64,000 nucleotides of DNA, taken from contig CP075494.1 of assembly GCA_021613535.1 (NCBI GenBank), positions 10,044,001 through 10,108,000 of the forward strand. The letters run 5' to 3'. The translations under genes were made by a program, and so were the position numbers. A model generated the notes under the pieces. That model searched no databases and was not told the DNA's origin. It worked only from the letters and a program-made list of their open reading frames with translations. Source of the DNA: Adineta vaga (Eukaryota; Animalia; Rotifera). The stretch's first letter is position 1. The number at the start of each line of letters is the position of its first letter. This document shows positions 38,810 to 51,030 of this stretch, piece after piece.

Positions 38810-41800
38810 TTACAAAATAGCATATTGATCATATAAGATTCGTCGAACTTTGTAATAGGTATCGGACAGTGCACCTTCGAGAATAATTTTACCAGCTTCA
38901 TTCTAAAAAGAAAGAATTAAATATGAGAAAATTATAGAATGTATATTTACTCGTTTAATAGCAACTGTATCTTCACAAGTAAGCACTCCGCCGACAAATT
39001 CAGCTCGTAAGCCATGTTGTCGAATAAGAATCATTTTTAAATCAAGTAATTTGGGTTCATTCACAAATACACATGGATGAGGTGGCATCTATATTGAGAG
39101 AAATCAGAAAAAAAAACAGTTCAAAGATTTCTTTTTTTTTCTATACCTGATCTTTAACTTCACGTGTTACAGGATTTAAATACCATTCTGTATTTGATTG
39201 ACCAACAGCTAAAAGAAAATAGTATGTTCTGTTTTGTTCTCCAGAAAAAACGAATATTTACTAGTAAATGTTGCTAATCCTGATGGTGCTGTTGGTGGTG
39301 GTGCACCATGAGTAATAGCACCATCAACCCATGCCACATCCACATCCCGCGTTTTCACAAATGAAATCGAACTTAATAAACTATCTTTAAGTTTAATCTA
39401 AAGAATATATACATAATATAAATAAAGCTTTTTTTGTGAATAAAATAGAAAATACAAACTTGATAAAGATTTCTTTCTGTTGTTGCATCAACAATTTCAC
39501 CAACACGTGGTGCAAATATTCTTCCTTGAACAATTTGTTTTGCTGTACAATATTTTTCTAATTGTTCAATACAATCTTGTGTTCCATGAATTAATATTAA
39601 ATTCTTTGGTTTGATTTGATAAAGTAGTTTTTCAATTGATTCACGATCACTTCGTGCTTCAAAATCAACATAGAGAACTTTAGCATTGATTTTTAATTCA
39701 CGTTTTTCACGTAACGTCTTATATGGTATAGTCGATGGTTGATGTTCAACCTGTTGAATTATTGGATGTTGAGGGGTATTTGGTTGCAATATTGTCGTTA
39801 TATTCGATGGATTATTGTTTTGATGATTAATATCAAATAATTCACTTAAGGGATGTCGTTCATCCGAATCACCAAAATTCATTGAAGCAAAATCATTTGC
39901 TATCGATGGTTTTGTTTCAATAATCATATAATCAGCAGGATTAATGATTTCACCATAATCATCACAGATATATTTGTCTTCTTTATAGGGAAACATGGCA
40001 AAACCTTTTCGTTTTGGTGCAAATGGAGATTGAGTGGGTTGACGAGTTCCGGATGGTGTATGTAAAGGAGTAACAATTAAATCATCATTAGCAAGACCTG
40101 TATCAATAGTATTATCACCGGCAGAAGATTTCGATTTATTATTTATTCGATTTTCATCTTCATCATCATCCTCATCGTCGTCGTCGTCATCATCATCATC
40201 TTCGTCTTCATCATCATCAGTACCGATATCAACATCCATTCGTTCATCACCTGTAGTACGAGATGATTTACGAGCTTTTTTCTTCTCAGCTTGAGCTTCA
40301 GCAGCTTTCTTTTCATTTTGAATACGTTGTTGTTCAAGATATTCCTCTAATTCTGTGCCTTCCAATGGAACTTTTCGACGTACCTTCAATGAAAACATAT
40401 CAAAACTTTTATTCTCATTGAATTATTTCAAGTTTTCTTACTTCAACTTCAATTGATGTCATATTCGGTTTATCAATCAATTCTCTTGCTAATGTACCGG
40501 GACATGTTCTTGTTGTTAAAATAATACTATTTTTATCATTTTCTACCCATTGAATAAATAAATCACGTGCAAAGCCAGATTCTAAATCTGGTTGACTAGC
40601 TAATACAACCTAAAAATAATGAATAATCATAAAGATTGTTTTTATTTCTTCTTATATTGAATATAGTGGTTACCTTTGGTGCGCGAACTTTGTCTAATTC
40701 ATCGAGATTATGACATAATTTGACATAACGTAAATGGAATGGATTTGCACGACTTTCTTCAAATTGTCGAACAATTTTATCTGACATCCATTCGACTTGT
40801 TTACATGCAAATTCAATTACTTGATAACTAAAATTATTCAATAGAGCTAGCGAATAAGCAAATAAACCAGATTGTTCATTTCGCCATAATTGTTCCTAAT
40901 TAAAAAAAAGACAAAACGATTGATATTTGATGTACTTATGTAAGATATATTTTACTAATAGAAGAGCCAATTCAAGTACACGACCAGCAGTATCAACACA
41001 GATAAGTACATTCCCATCACGTCTCATTGTATCCAAAATAGTTGCTAAAGAAAGTTTTTAAAATGCAACATTAAAAATGATTTATATCTTATTACTTAAT
41101 AATTGTGCATCTTTGGTTTTTCGTTGTCCTTGAGAATATTTTGTATTTAAAGCATCTGTAATCAATAGTGTGGGTCGACTAATCTTTGCTAAATTTGAAC
41201 TATTTAAATGTCTAATAAAACAAAAAGAATCCACAACAATATATTATGAATTAGAAGAAATTATTTACCGTTCTTTTTTATGATTATAATCTACGGCATA
41301 GACAATTTCTTCTTCACCTTCTTTCGAAATTTTCCATATTGCTCCGCCAATCATATGACCAGCAGGTAATGGAGTTATAGTTAAACCCTGTCCATTTCCT
41401 TAAGATAAAGAATTCTATGTAAAAAAACTTTGTCTTCTAAATTTTCTATAAAAAAAACCTTCAAGTTGAATCGATTGATCATATTTAAGTTCAACAAAAA
41501 GATCAAATGCTGCATCAACATGATCAAGTGTAAACAATGTAAAATCTTCACTATTCGAACGACTTTGATACAAATCATACATAAACATTTGTCCCATTTT
41601 ATAAACAGGTATTGTTGCATAGATTGGACATTTTAATCCACAATGTCCAACTAAATAAGGTAATGCACCAAGATGATAAATATCTGGATAGGTAATTAGA
41701 ACAGCATCAATCGTTTTTATATGACTAAAAGTAATTAGAACCTCAAATCTATAATGAATTAATATTGCAAAACCTACCGTTTATATTCTTCAATAATTTC

Positions 41801-41926
41801 GGGTGAAAAATTTTCATCCCACCCGCAATCAAGTAAAAATCGAAAATCGTCTGTTTGTAAAAGATAAGCCAATGCTCCTTCATTATATGCACCGGTAATG
41901 ACTTGTAATTTGAGAATGGAAGCCAT
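38810..41926 (-). CDS. CPSF2: Cleavage and polyadenylation specificity factor 100 kDa subunit
   Basis: [56 protein letters not shown], terminal YDQYAIL. Confidence 0.96.
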
Positions 41927-42179
41927 TTACAACAAATCAAAGGAAAAAATGAACTTATATCTGGAAAGAGTTAGCATGAATGAGTTTAGTTGTTTTTTTT
42001 TCTAGTATGTCTCACAAAAATCTCTCTGCTACTGAGTATGAGAATAAATAAAAAGGATAAGAGCAATCTAGATGATATTAAATCTTCTTCTTATTTTATT
42101 TGATGATGTACGTGTTTGTTTCATGAAAAAAAACAAAAAAACAAAAACATGCAATGATTTTTTGTTTTATTATCATGTT

Positions 42180-42654
42180 TTATGCTGATTGTTTGGTTTT
42201 TTTCATATATTCTAAGAGTTGATCGTGAGCTTGGGTTTCATCACCGAAATCCCGAACAACACAGCAACTACAACGAACTACTTTGCGAGCTTTGCCATCT
42301 TTGTCTAATTTGCATAGACCAGCCCATTCACCTAATTTTTTATTATCATCAACACGTAATAAGTTGATGCTATGTTCAGCACATAAAGCTTCAATTAATT
42401 TAACGTAGTTCGCTTCATCACAATTTGATGCTAATACACAAAGATGTGCTTCACGACGATCTAATGCTTTGACCGATTCTATTCGAATGAAATGATTTGA
42501 ATGAGATATCAATAAATGAATTGTATTTCTTACCTCGTAAACCACGTGCAAGACCATCATTACGTGCAGCTGATTTGAGGACTTCTTGTAACGACTTATT
42601 CAAGTCGACTTCATCCGAGCCGCGTGGCGTCTCGTCCATCTCGGTGTCCGACAT
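42180..42654 (-). CDS. RPS12: 40S ribosomal protein S12 (eS12), 2 exons
   Basis: LQEVLK...[15 protein letters not shown]...[10 protein letters not shown]...[20 protein letters not shown]. Confidence 0.97.
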
Positions 42655-43566
42655 GATGATAGAATAGAGGTGTTATGATCTATAAATATATAATGAAAGT
42701 ATGACAGAATTACACAGTAAATGCAACACTCTGAAATATCCGAAGGAAAATACACTAAATTTCTATTATCTGCGATGCAATGCAAATACAAAATAAATAA
42801 ACAGTAGTTATAACTTCATGGAATGAATCCAATCATTATCATATCCTCTCTATTCAGTGTAAGGAAAAAGTTTTTTTCGGTGAATAATGACGAAAATTAT
42901 CATTTATTTATTAGTAATTCATAGGAAATAATCATAACTATAAAATTGACAAATTTATAAAATAAAAACGTCTAGTAGATGGCGCCATAGTATTGAATTA
43001 TACATAAGTACAGAATCTACAATTCTTGTTTAACTTTCAATACTTTTTAATTCCATATCAATCTTAGAATTCGAACATATACTATCGTACAAGAATCTTT
43101 AATCGTGATTTTGTTTATCAATGTTATAATAGACATTCAAACAATAATGAAATAAAAACTGCTTATTACACAACATCTATTCTCTCTTCCGAGTTTACAT
43201 CATCCGATGCAATATAATCAACTTTAACGAAAAAGAAAATGAAGAAACGTAATAAGATATACTCGATTGTTTTCATTTTCATCATCACCATCATCATTAT
43301 TATCTATTCATTTTTTTTTCGATATGAAAAGTAACCAAGCACACATTTCTATACACTTGAGCTATATGTATGAGCTTATCTTGAATAAGACAATTTGTCG
43401 TCAACGGTTGTCTTTTACACCAAGTATGTCAACATAAAGCGAGAGAAAAAAAAGCGGATAACAATGTTTACTCTGTCGTTCTTATCATCTGTGATATGCA
43501 CGTATATATACATATATATTTAACAAGTGAAGATGAAAAAAAAAATGCATATCTTTATTTCATTGA

Positions 43567-43637
43567 ATATGAGCTGGAAGATGGATTTCGCATCGTTGTT
43601 TTATAAAATGCCAGATCTATATTCTTCCAGCTCATAT
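43567..43637. ncRNA. Candidate pre-miRNA-like hairpin
   Basis: 15-bp perfect inverted repeat atatgagctggaaga/tcttccagctcatat, extended inward on the + strand by G-U-containing pairing. Confidence 0.35.
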
Positions 43638-44164
43638 CCATAAGTCTAATTATATTTGTCGACATTTCTTTTTTCTTTTTTTGTTAAGCCGAAAATCAAA
43701 TGCAATTCCAATTCAATTAGTTTTTAATACTTTTAGGTTTTTCTTCTTTTCTTTCGTGATTGATGAAAGAAGAAATCCAGTCGAATTCGACAAGCTTTAG
43801 TCAAATTTCGCTTTACAGCTGTAAAGTTCACGAATACGAATACGAAGAAGAAGAAAAAGAACGCTTCCTTTTTTTCCTACAATATTGAAAACGTTATCGT
43901 ATGTGAAAAAAATCATTCGTTGTTTTTTAATTCGGATTAGGTTTTTTCTTTTCTTGCCCTGTCTCTCGCTCTCTCTCACGACTCGAATAAGTGGAGCAGT
44001 TCGTCTCACCTTGAACATCAGCAATTGATGAGATTCAACTCCTCCACTTCTTTGTAGTCGGTGATATCAACAGAACTTGTTCAAGTAAGTGTTTTTATTT
44101 TTTTTTAAACAAGATATGATGATGGAATGAAGGTTTCAAATTTAAACGAATCATATTTCAAAAT

Positions 44165-44991
44165 TTACTCATCACTAATATATTCTGTAACTGGTGATAA
44201 TGTATTTGTATAAGAATGTCGTCGTGAAGCTGGTGATTTAGGTGGTTTTAATTTAAAATGATCGCTGAATGATAATAACTGTTGTGGTGATGGACAAACG
44301 GAAGATTCAATATCATCATCGTACTCTTGAATATAAATTTGAGGATTGTAGGTCACTAACGGAGTAGTTAATGATTCTTCTTCATTCGATGGAGAATCTG
44401 TTTTGATTATGGATTCTTCCCCTAATGGAAAAAAAAAGGAAGCGATATTAATTTATTAGACTAAGAAGAATGTTACTAACATGAAGAATTGTTATTGAAT
44501 GATGTTGATGAAATATATAAATTAGGAATAATATTTTGTTTTAATGCTAAATGATTTCTATCTGTTTGAAAATGATGTCGATGATTTCTATATTGTTTTA
44601 ATGATTGATTTTTTGAACGTAAAATTCGAGTATGAATACTTTCTTTTTCTCTTAAAACAGGTGTAATTATAGATATTTGACGTGATTGAGAAAATTTAGA
44701 ATCAAAAGGCATATGTTGAATTGTATCTTCCCCAGATGATTTTGTAGATTTCAATGATATCGATGGTAATAAAGATTCTCGAGATGATTTATTTCGTGTC
44801 GATACATGAGGTGGAAGGGTTAATTGAAGTTGATTTCCAAGAACATTATCAATATCCGATGATGATTGTTGAAAATTTTCAATTGTTGCACGACGAGAAC
44901 GACGATGAATTAAAATTGGTGAATCGCGATCAAGATCTCGTTTTCTTGCCTTCTGTTGTTGATTATTATTATCAATTATCAATGAATTCAT
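44165..44991 (-). CDS. Hypothetical Ser/Arg-rich disordered protein (at least 2 exons, 5' end uncertain)
   Basis: Two ORFs joined in frame by a GT-AG intron (~44480-44422); RRAT and RRHS kinase-type motifs; frame stays open upstream to ~45035. Confidence 0.55.
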
Positions 44992-45493
44992 TGAAGTAAA
45001 GTTCTCAAAAGACGATTTTCTATTGTGAAGTGCTGCTACAAGAACTGTATTTAATTATGAAATGAATTTTCTCGGTAGTTTTCCGTCGATAAGAAAGAAA
45101 GAAAAAACATCCGGTGACGGTATGTAAATAAAACTACTTCGCTTTCTTAAAATAGATCATATGACTGAAACTAATTTTCTCAAAAAAAGAATACCGTTGC
45201 TTTTGTCTAATCATCATGATCATTCTTGCCAATTTAATTTATATGAATGGATCTGATCAGATAGTGTAGAAACTAAACTAGTTGAGAAGATTATTCTCCC
45301 TCCAAGTTCATTTGAATAAACTTTTTGTTTCAATTTGTTCTTGGAAAAAGACGATGTCTGACAATTGATCAAAATCATACTACCAAGAGTGTGTTTATAT
45401 AAAATTGAGAATAAAAAGAAACAATCATACAATCAGTAGACATAGCATCCTTTTTGTATACGGATAAAAGTACAAATTTATGACAAAGGCTTA

Positions 45494-45597
45494 TTAAGGT
45501 CAGATACTTTCATACGAACTTTAATTCTGAACTCAATTTATTATATTTTGTACTGCGTACTTTTTGCATACGTGACTTTTACTTATAATGACCTTAA
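45494..45597. mobile_element. Possible tiny non-autonomous DNA element with TTAA ends
   Basis: ttaaggtca...tgaccttaa 9-bp inverted ends enclosing 104 bp. Confidence 0.2.
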
Positions 45598-45921
45598 ACA
45601 CCCTAATTTTTTTTAATTGCATACTTATTCTCCATATTTATTATAAACAAAGCATGTGGTTGACTATTTAATTTTCAATAATCATAATCAAAACCTGTTT
45701 AGATTCAAGTCATGATAAACGATGAATAGATATTTTTTTGTTTATGTAATATTTCGTCAGCATTTCTTACAGTAAGAATGTATGAATTACATTAGGGAAT
45801 GAATCGATGAAGCATGACTAAACATTCGTACTAATGGGATACATATAAATAAGAGGTGTCACAGTTGAAAAGAAATCTTTAACGAAAAAGTCAAAGCAAT
45901 CGTATTCGTATTTAGTGAAAT

Positions 45922-47242
45922 ATGAAGAAAACATTAACGAGATCGAAAACTTTTGACGGAGATTTATTCAAAGTTGAAAAACGTCTAACAGTATGTATCG
46001 ATCAGATCTGTTCTCGATTAATTGATTGATTAAAGTATCTTTTAGCGTCAAGCGACTCTTCCTTCTTTTCATCATGCGGTTGAATTCGATTATAAACGTG
46101 ATACAAAACAATTAATGAAAATTTTAAAACATTGTACAACTGCTCATATGTTAGATATGGATTGTATTCTTCATTTTTTATCATCTTATACCTGTGAACA
46201 ACGTATGATAATTATTCATGATCTTGAATATGAATATCATTATAATCTAGTCGATATGATACTTGAACGACCTGATTCACCCATTCGTTCATGTGTATTA
46301 GCAATGTTAATTGAATCAATTGAATTATTTGCACGACATTTTCATGATCTTTTAACAGAAAAATCAATTGGAAAAATTGAAAATGACATTTCCAAAGTGT
46401 TACTTGAAATTCTATTAGGATTCAGTAATGATGATGTTCAAAAGTTCAAAGAAACATACAAACAATTATTTGAAAATTCTGTTCAACAAGATATTGAAGT
46501 TGTGTATCATGAACAAACATTTCTATGTAATTTTCTTCTTCAATTACTCGAAGGTAAACGTTACGATAGTTCTTCAACTTCTGCAACGAGTGCGAAATAT
46601 GTCGTGAAAAGTTTATATGAAGCAACTTCAGATAAATCAGCTATTGATAAAGATACTTTAATGAAAATCTTTACACATGATTCTTTTTCTCAGTTATCAA
46701 GTATTTTTGATATCTATGAAGATAAATATGGTCAACCAATTCTTCAAGCAATTCAACGTTTATTTTCCAATCCAATTGAACTTCAATATTTTCAAGATAT
46801 TATTGAATTCACTCGTTCACCAGGTGATTACTATTCACGATTATTACGAGAAGCATGCGAGAAAACACCGGTTGACTATAAAACTTTAATTCGAATTATA
46901 ATTGGACGTGAAGAGAAAGATTTATGCGAGATTAATTTAGAATATTCGAAAATGTATGAACATTCAGCGGATGAAATAATTAAGCAACGATTAGATAATC
47001 GTGAAATCAAACGTTTATTTATAATGCTTATTAATGGTGGTGAAGATATAACAGCTAATGAAAATGGATCTGTTCGTTTTGATCATGCAAATAATAGTAA
47101 TCCAATCAATTCAAGTAATCATACAGCAACAACAACAACAACAACAACGACGACGACGCATACTCATCTACCTGGAAGAAAATTTTCACATGAAGCTTTT
47201 GATAAATTTGTGAACGTTTTTAAATTGATGCGTTCACATTAA
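45922..47242 (+). CDS. Divergent annexin, 2 exons
   Basis: Four annexin repeats: LLEIL...FKETYKQLFENSVQQDI, SFSQLSSIFDIYEDKYGQPILQAI, YYSRLLREA...LIRIIIGREEKDLCEINLEY; exon 1 (45922-45990) splices in frame to 46046. Confidence 0.8.
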
Positions 47243-47462
47243 AATAAAATATACTTTCTTCATTGATAATGAGAGCATATTGAACGAAACTTATTCTTAT
47301 AAATAAAGCAACGAAATAGTCTTATTTATGAATAACAAATGAAGAAAAAAAAAACGAACATGACACTCAGATATTTTCTAAACGATTAAAATCAGGAAAA
47401 AAAGAGTAAGAGAGAGAGAAAGAAAACGATAGTGTGTTTGTTTGCTTTTTTTGATTCGGTTT

Positions 47463-48267
47463 CTATACAACTCGACGAACTTCGAAGAATCGTTTGAGAT
47501 AATAAACTTGACCAAATGCCATAGCTAATAAGATGAAAGCTTCAAAACATGACCACATAACAACACGAGAATTAGTATTATCATTAACTAGAAATTGAAA
47601 TCATAATCAATGAATCATATTTTTGAAAAATATCAACAGTTAACTTACTAGCACGATGAATACGTTCTCGTACTTCCATAAATTCTTGTTCATGTTTGAT
47701 ATTATTCAATGAAGCTGATAGTTCAGCAACTAATTCTTCGAGTTTATTATGATGAACTAAAATAATAACAATTATTCTTTTCAAATAACAAAATACGACT
47801 ATTTCTATTTACGTGTAACGTTATCACTTCCTCCGGCAGTATTCATATCAAGTTTTGGAGAATCTCCAATATCAATTTCAAACATGACCATTTTTGGTGT
47901 CATAGTTGACATTCGATTACTAAAACATAACGTATACGTTCCATCCATATGTGCAGAGAAGGTTGTTTTGCCACTAGATTCACGATCGCCACGAAAGACT
48001 TCTTTCTGATCAGGTCCTGTTATCTAAATAATCACACAGACGATGTTCACATTTGAAACGATATGAAATATGAATACTTACGCGAACATCAATATCGAGA
48101 AAACCACCTTCGATAACTTCAAATGTCAATAATAGTTTCGTACCAGATGTTAATTTTTCAAAATAACATTCTTCGGAATGTGCATCAACTAAGACGTAAT
48201 AACTAAGTGTACTTTTGATTGTTAGCAGAAGAAGAAGTGAACATGTAAGAAGTGATTTCCACATCAT
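47463..48267 (-). CDS. TMED2: p24 cargo receptor (GOLD domain), beta subfamily
   Basis: [50 protein letters not shown]-terminal [12 protein letters not shown]. Confidence 0.95.
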
Positions 48268-48909
48268 TTGTATAACCTATCTAAAGTAATAATGAAATAG
48301 GTTTTCTATTAAAATCAAGTAGGCGTATTGGGCCACTCAGTCAATTTTTATAGACCAATCAAAAATTCGTTTTTTATTTTTGATAAAAATATTTTTTTTC
48401 AAATGATTTATTGATATTTTAATAAATAAAAATTCAGTTTTGTTATGATACTTTTTCAGTATATTGTCATCTAATTTGTTATTGGCCGATCAAATGAACA
48501 AATCAAAATTGTAAAAGAAATTGATCTTCCTGTTCCTCTTCTCTGTCCTGTCATCATCACTATCACTGCTTCACCTTCGAAAAGAAGAGTGTGAATTGAT
48601 TCATCACACCATTGCAAAACCATTATCTCGTATGAAAATGAAATCCTTATGGTTGTCTATCAAATATAACGATAGAGTTTTGTGTAACTAGAAGAATTAA
48701 TTGTCAGGGAACATTGATTGATTTATTAAATAAAAGCGAGATAAGATAAAACATGATGAATAAAGTGATTAATTGAATATATTTATTAGAAAATCATCAG
48801 TTGCGCGTCTTTTTTTCTCATCACTATTCTAATAAAAAGAAATAATCTCACTAAATCTAACTTATTTAACTCTTCTTGCTTGCCTTCATTTTTCTTTCTA
48901 TTTTTCACT

Positions 48910-49650
48910 ATGCGAGCATCATCGAATAATTACTATCAGAAGTCCGTACCTTTTACGGATGTTCAAATTCATTCGAATAAATTCTCAGAAGATGATACTG
49001 GTTATGATAGTCTACCAAAACAATCACGAATGAACAGTACCACTGGTCTTTCTTCTTCTTCCTCATCATCAAATAATCAATGTGATCAAGTTATAAATAT
49101 GGTAAAAAATATACCTTCACCAACAGATATTTCTACTACACACGATACAATTGATATAGCTTTAACTGTTGCACAACGTATAGAACAATATTCGAAACAG
49201 ACTCAATCAACCATAACAACGCCAATACGAAAAGTTAATCGTACACGTATTCAACCAATACATGATTCAACAAGTGATAGTGCAGATTCATTTGCTCTCT
49301 CAAATCATGTTGTATTTGTGTCATCCTATCGACAAAAGATTCAAAAAATGTCGTCGAGTGATTTGCCAACATTTGGAGGAAATTTAGAATATATTCATGA
49401 TAATCGTTTTGATTCAACAACAACCGTTGATCACATTAAAAACGATGCTGTTACAATTGAATTCATGGAAAAACAACAACAAACAATTCCAATTATTGAT
49501 ACATCTCCTATTAATAAACCATCATTGTTATGGATACAACGACTAGGTAATTCCATACGCTTATTACCAGCAAACGTGTTAGCTATTGTTTTCATTGGTT
49601 TAATTGGTGGACTTCTTGTCTCAGTTATACTTATTATTATCATTGCATGA
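48910..49650 (+). CDS. Hypothetical tail-anchored membrane protein
   Basis: Intronless 246-codon ORF, S/T-rich, ending in a single hydrophobic helix VLAIVFIGLIGGLLVSVILIIIIA. Confidence 0.65.
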   Translation: MRASSNNYYQKSVPFTDVQIHSNKFSEDDTGYDSLPKQSRMNSTTGLSSSSSSSNNQCDQVINMVKNIPSPTDISTTHDTIDIALTVAQRIEQYSKQTQSTITTPIRKVNRTRIQPIHDSTSDSADSFALSNHVVFVSSYRQKIQKMSSSDLPTFGGNLEYIHDNRFDSTTTVDHIKNDAVTIEFMEKQQQTIPIIDTSPINKPSLLWIQRLGNSIRLLPANVLAIVFIGLIGGLLVSVILIIIIA

Positions 49651-49871
49651 GTATTATTTAAGAGTCATGTCAACATTGTTGGTCGAGTTTTGTTGTCAAT
49701 AATAATAATCCGATTTTGTATTCTTAAGCTATGTTTGTCAAAAGTTTGACATGAAAGGAAAATTCTAGTTTATGCAATCAGAATATCATGGTTATTTTTA
49801 TTTTCTTAAATTATTCAAAATGAGTCAAAGACAATAGTAAGGAAAAGAAAGTTTATCTGTCTTATTTTCTT

Positions 49872-50696
49872 TTAATGTTCTTGTCGACGCATAGCTTCAA
49901 GTATGCGTAAAATTTCAATGAATAAACGTGTTATATCAAGGTAGATTTGTATAGCAGCATCGATATATTCTTCTGGTGAAGTTCTGCGCATGATTTCTTC
50001 AGTATCATATACTAAAAGGAGACTAAAAACAAGTGCACTACTCAAAGCCAATGCCAATTCCAACAATGAATTACGAACAAAAATCTAAATTATATATATA
50101 TAGTCATTTAGAATTCAAACATCATTTCTCTATCAACCTGAATGATACCACCAGCAATTAGAATACATAATACAGCATATAAACTTGCGCCCATTGCTGA
50201 AAAATCATGTTTAGTTTGAAATGTATAGACAGTTAAGCCAACGACAATGACAGCTGTGATGATAACTGCTTGTATCACTAAGATTTTATCAAAAAATGAA
50301 ACAATTGTACCCATTGTTAACGATTCAAAGAATGTAAATAATGCTAGTAGAGCAAAATTTAATGGATAATCTAAACGATTGACATAGACGGCCAGAAGAC
50401 TAACACATGTTGCTAGAAAGAGTAAGAGAAGAAAACCAGGATGATTTTGAAAGAACATTTTCACAGGTTCAATTGAGACCATTAATGTTGATACTATTGC
50501 AACAAAACATAGTTGAGTTGCAACAATTCCATAAACTTTGCGTAAAAATTCTATGAAATATAATTTAAGGGATAACTAAGAATGATGAAGAATATAATCT
50601 TTTGAACTTACGCATACGTATGTAAACATGACATGATGCAACATTGCTACCATACATAAAATCATCTTCGATCGAACTTCGTCCTATTTCAGTCAT
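49872..50696 (-). CDS. TMBIM4: Lifeguard 4 / GAAP (Bax inhibitor-1 family), 3 exons
   Basis: SIEDDFMYGSNVASCHVYIRMxFLRKVYGI, YPLNFALL, YTFQTKHDF, SPEEYIDAAIQIYLD. Confidence 0.93.
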
Positions 50697-51030
50697 AATG
50701 TAGAGTAATAGGAATGAGTTTTCTTGATAACAGATGCAAAATAGAGTTATGTTAATTTGTTCTTTATGAGTAGATATATATATTTTTAAAAAAAAAGAAA
50801 TGCTGTTTTTTCCTGTTCTGCACACCGTTCTAACATACGGGCTGTGATATTCAAGAATTTTCTGCACTTTCAAGGTAACAAATCCTAGATAAATGGAAAT
50901 AGATGGCAGTCTATTTTCTTCCAACTGTCATCGAGATAGTAGGATTATTTTGCATATTCTTATTCATTTCTCGAAAAGAAAATACAAAAAAAGCAAAAAG
51001 AAACGTTTGATTCACATAAAAAGTACAAAT

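Noticed and set aside
41927-42179. RPS12 -> CPSF2 as another operon junction
   Set aside because: The acceptor upstream of the CPSF2 ATG has a matching GTGAG donor ~55 nt away (ordinary 5'UTR intron), and the 253-nt spacer could hold a promoter; not excluded, but unsupported
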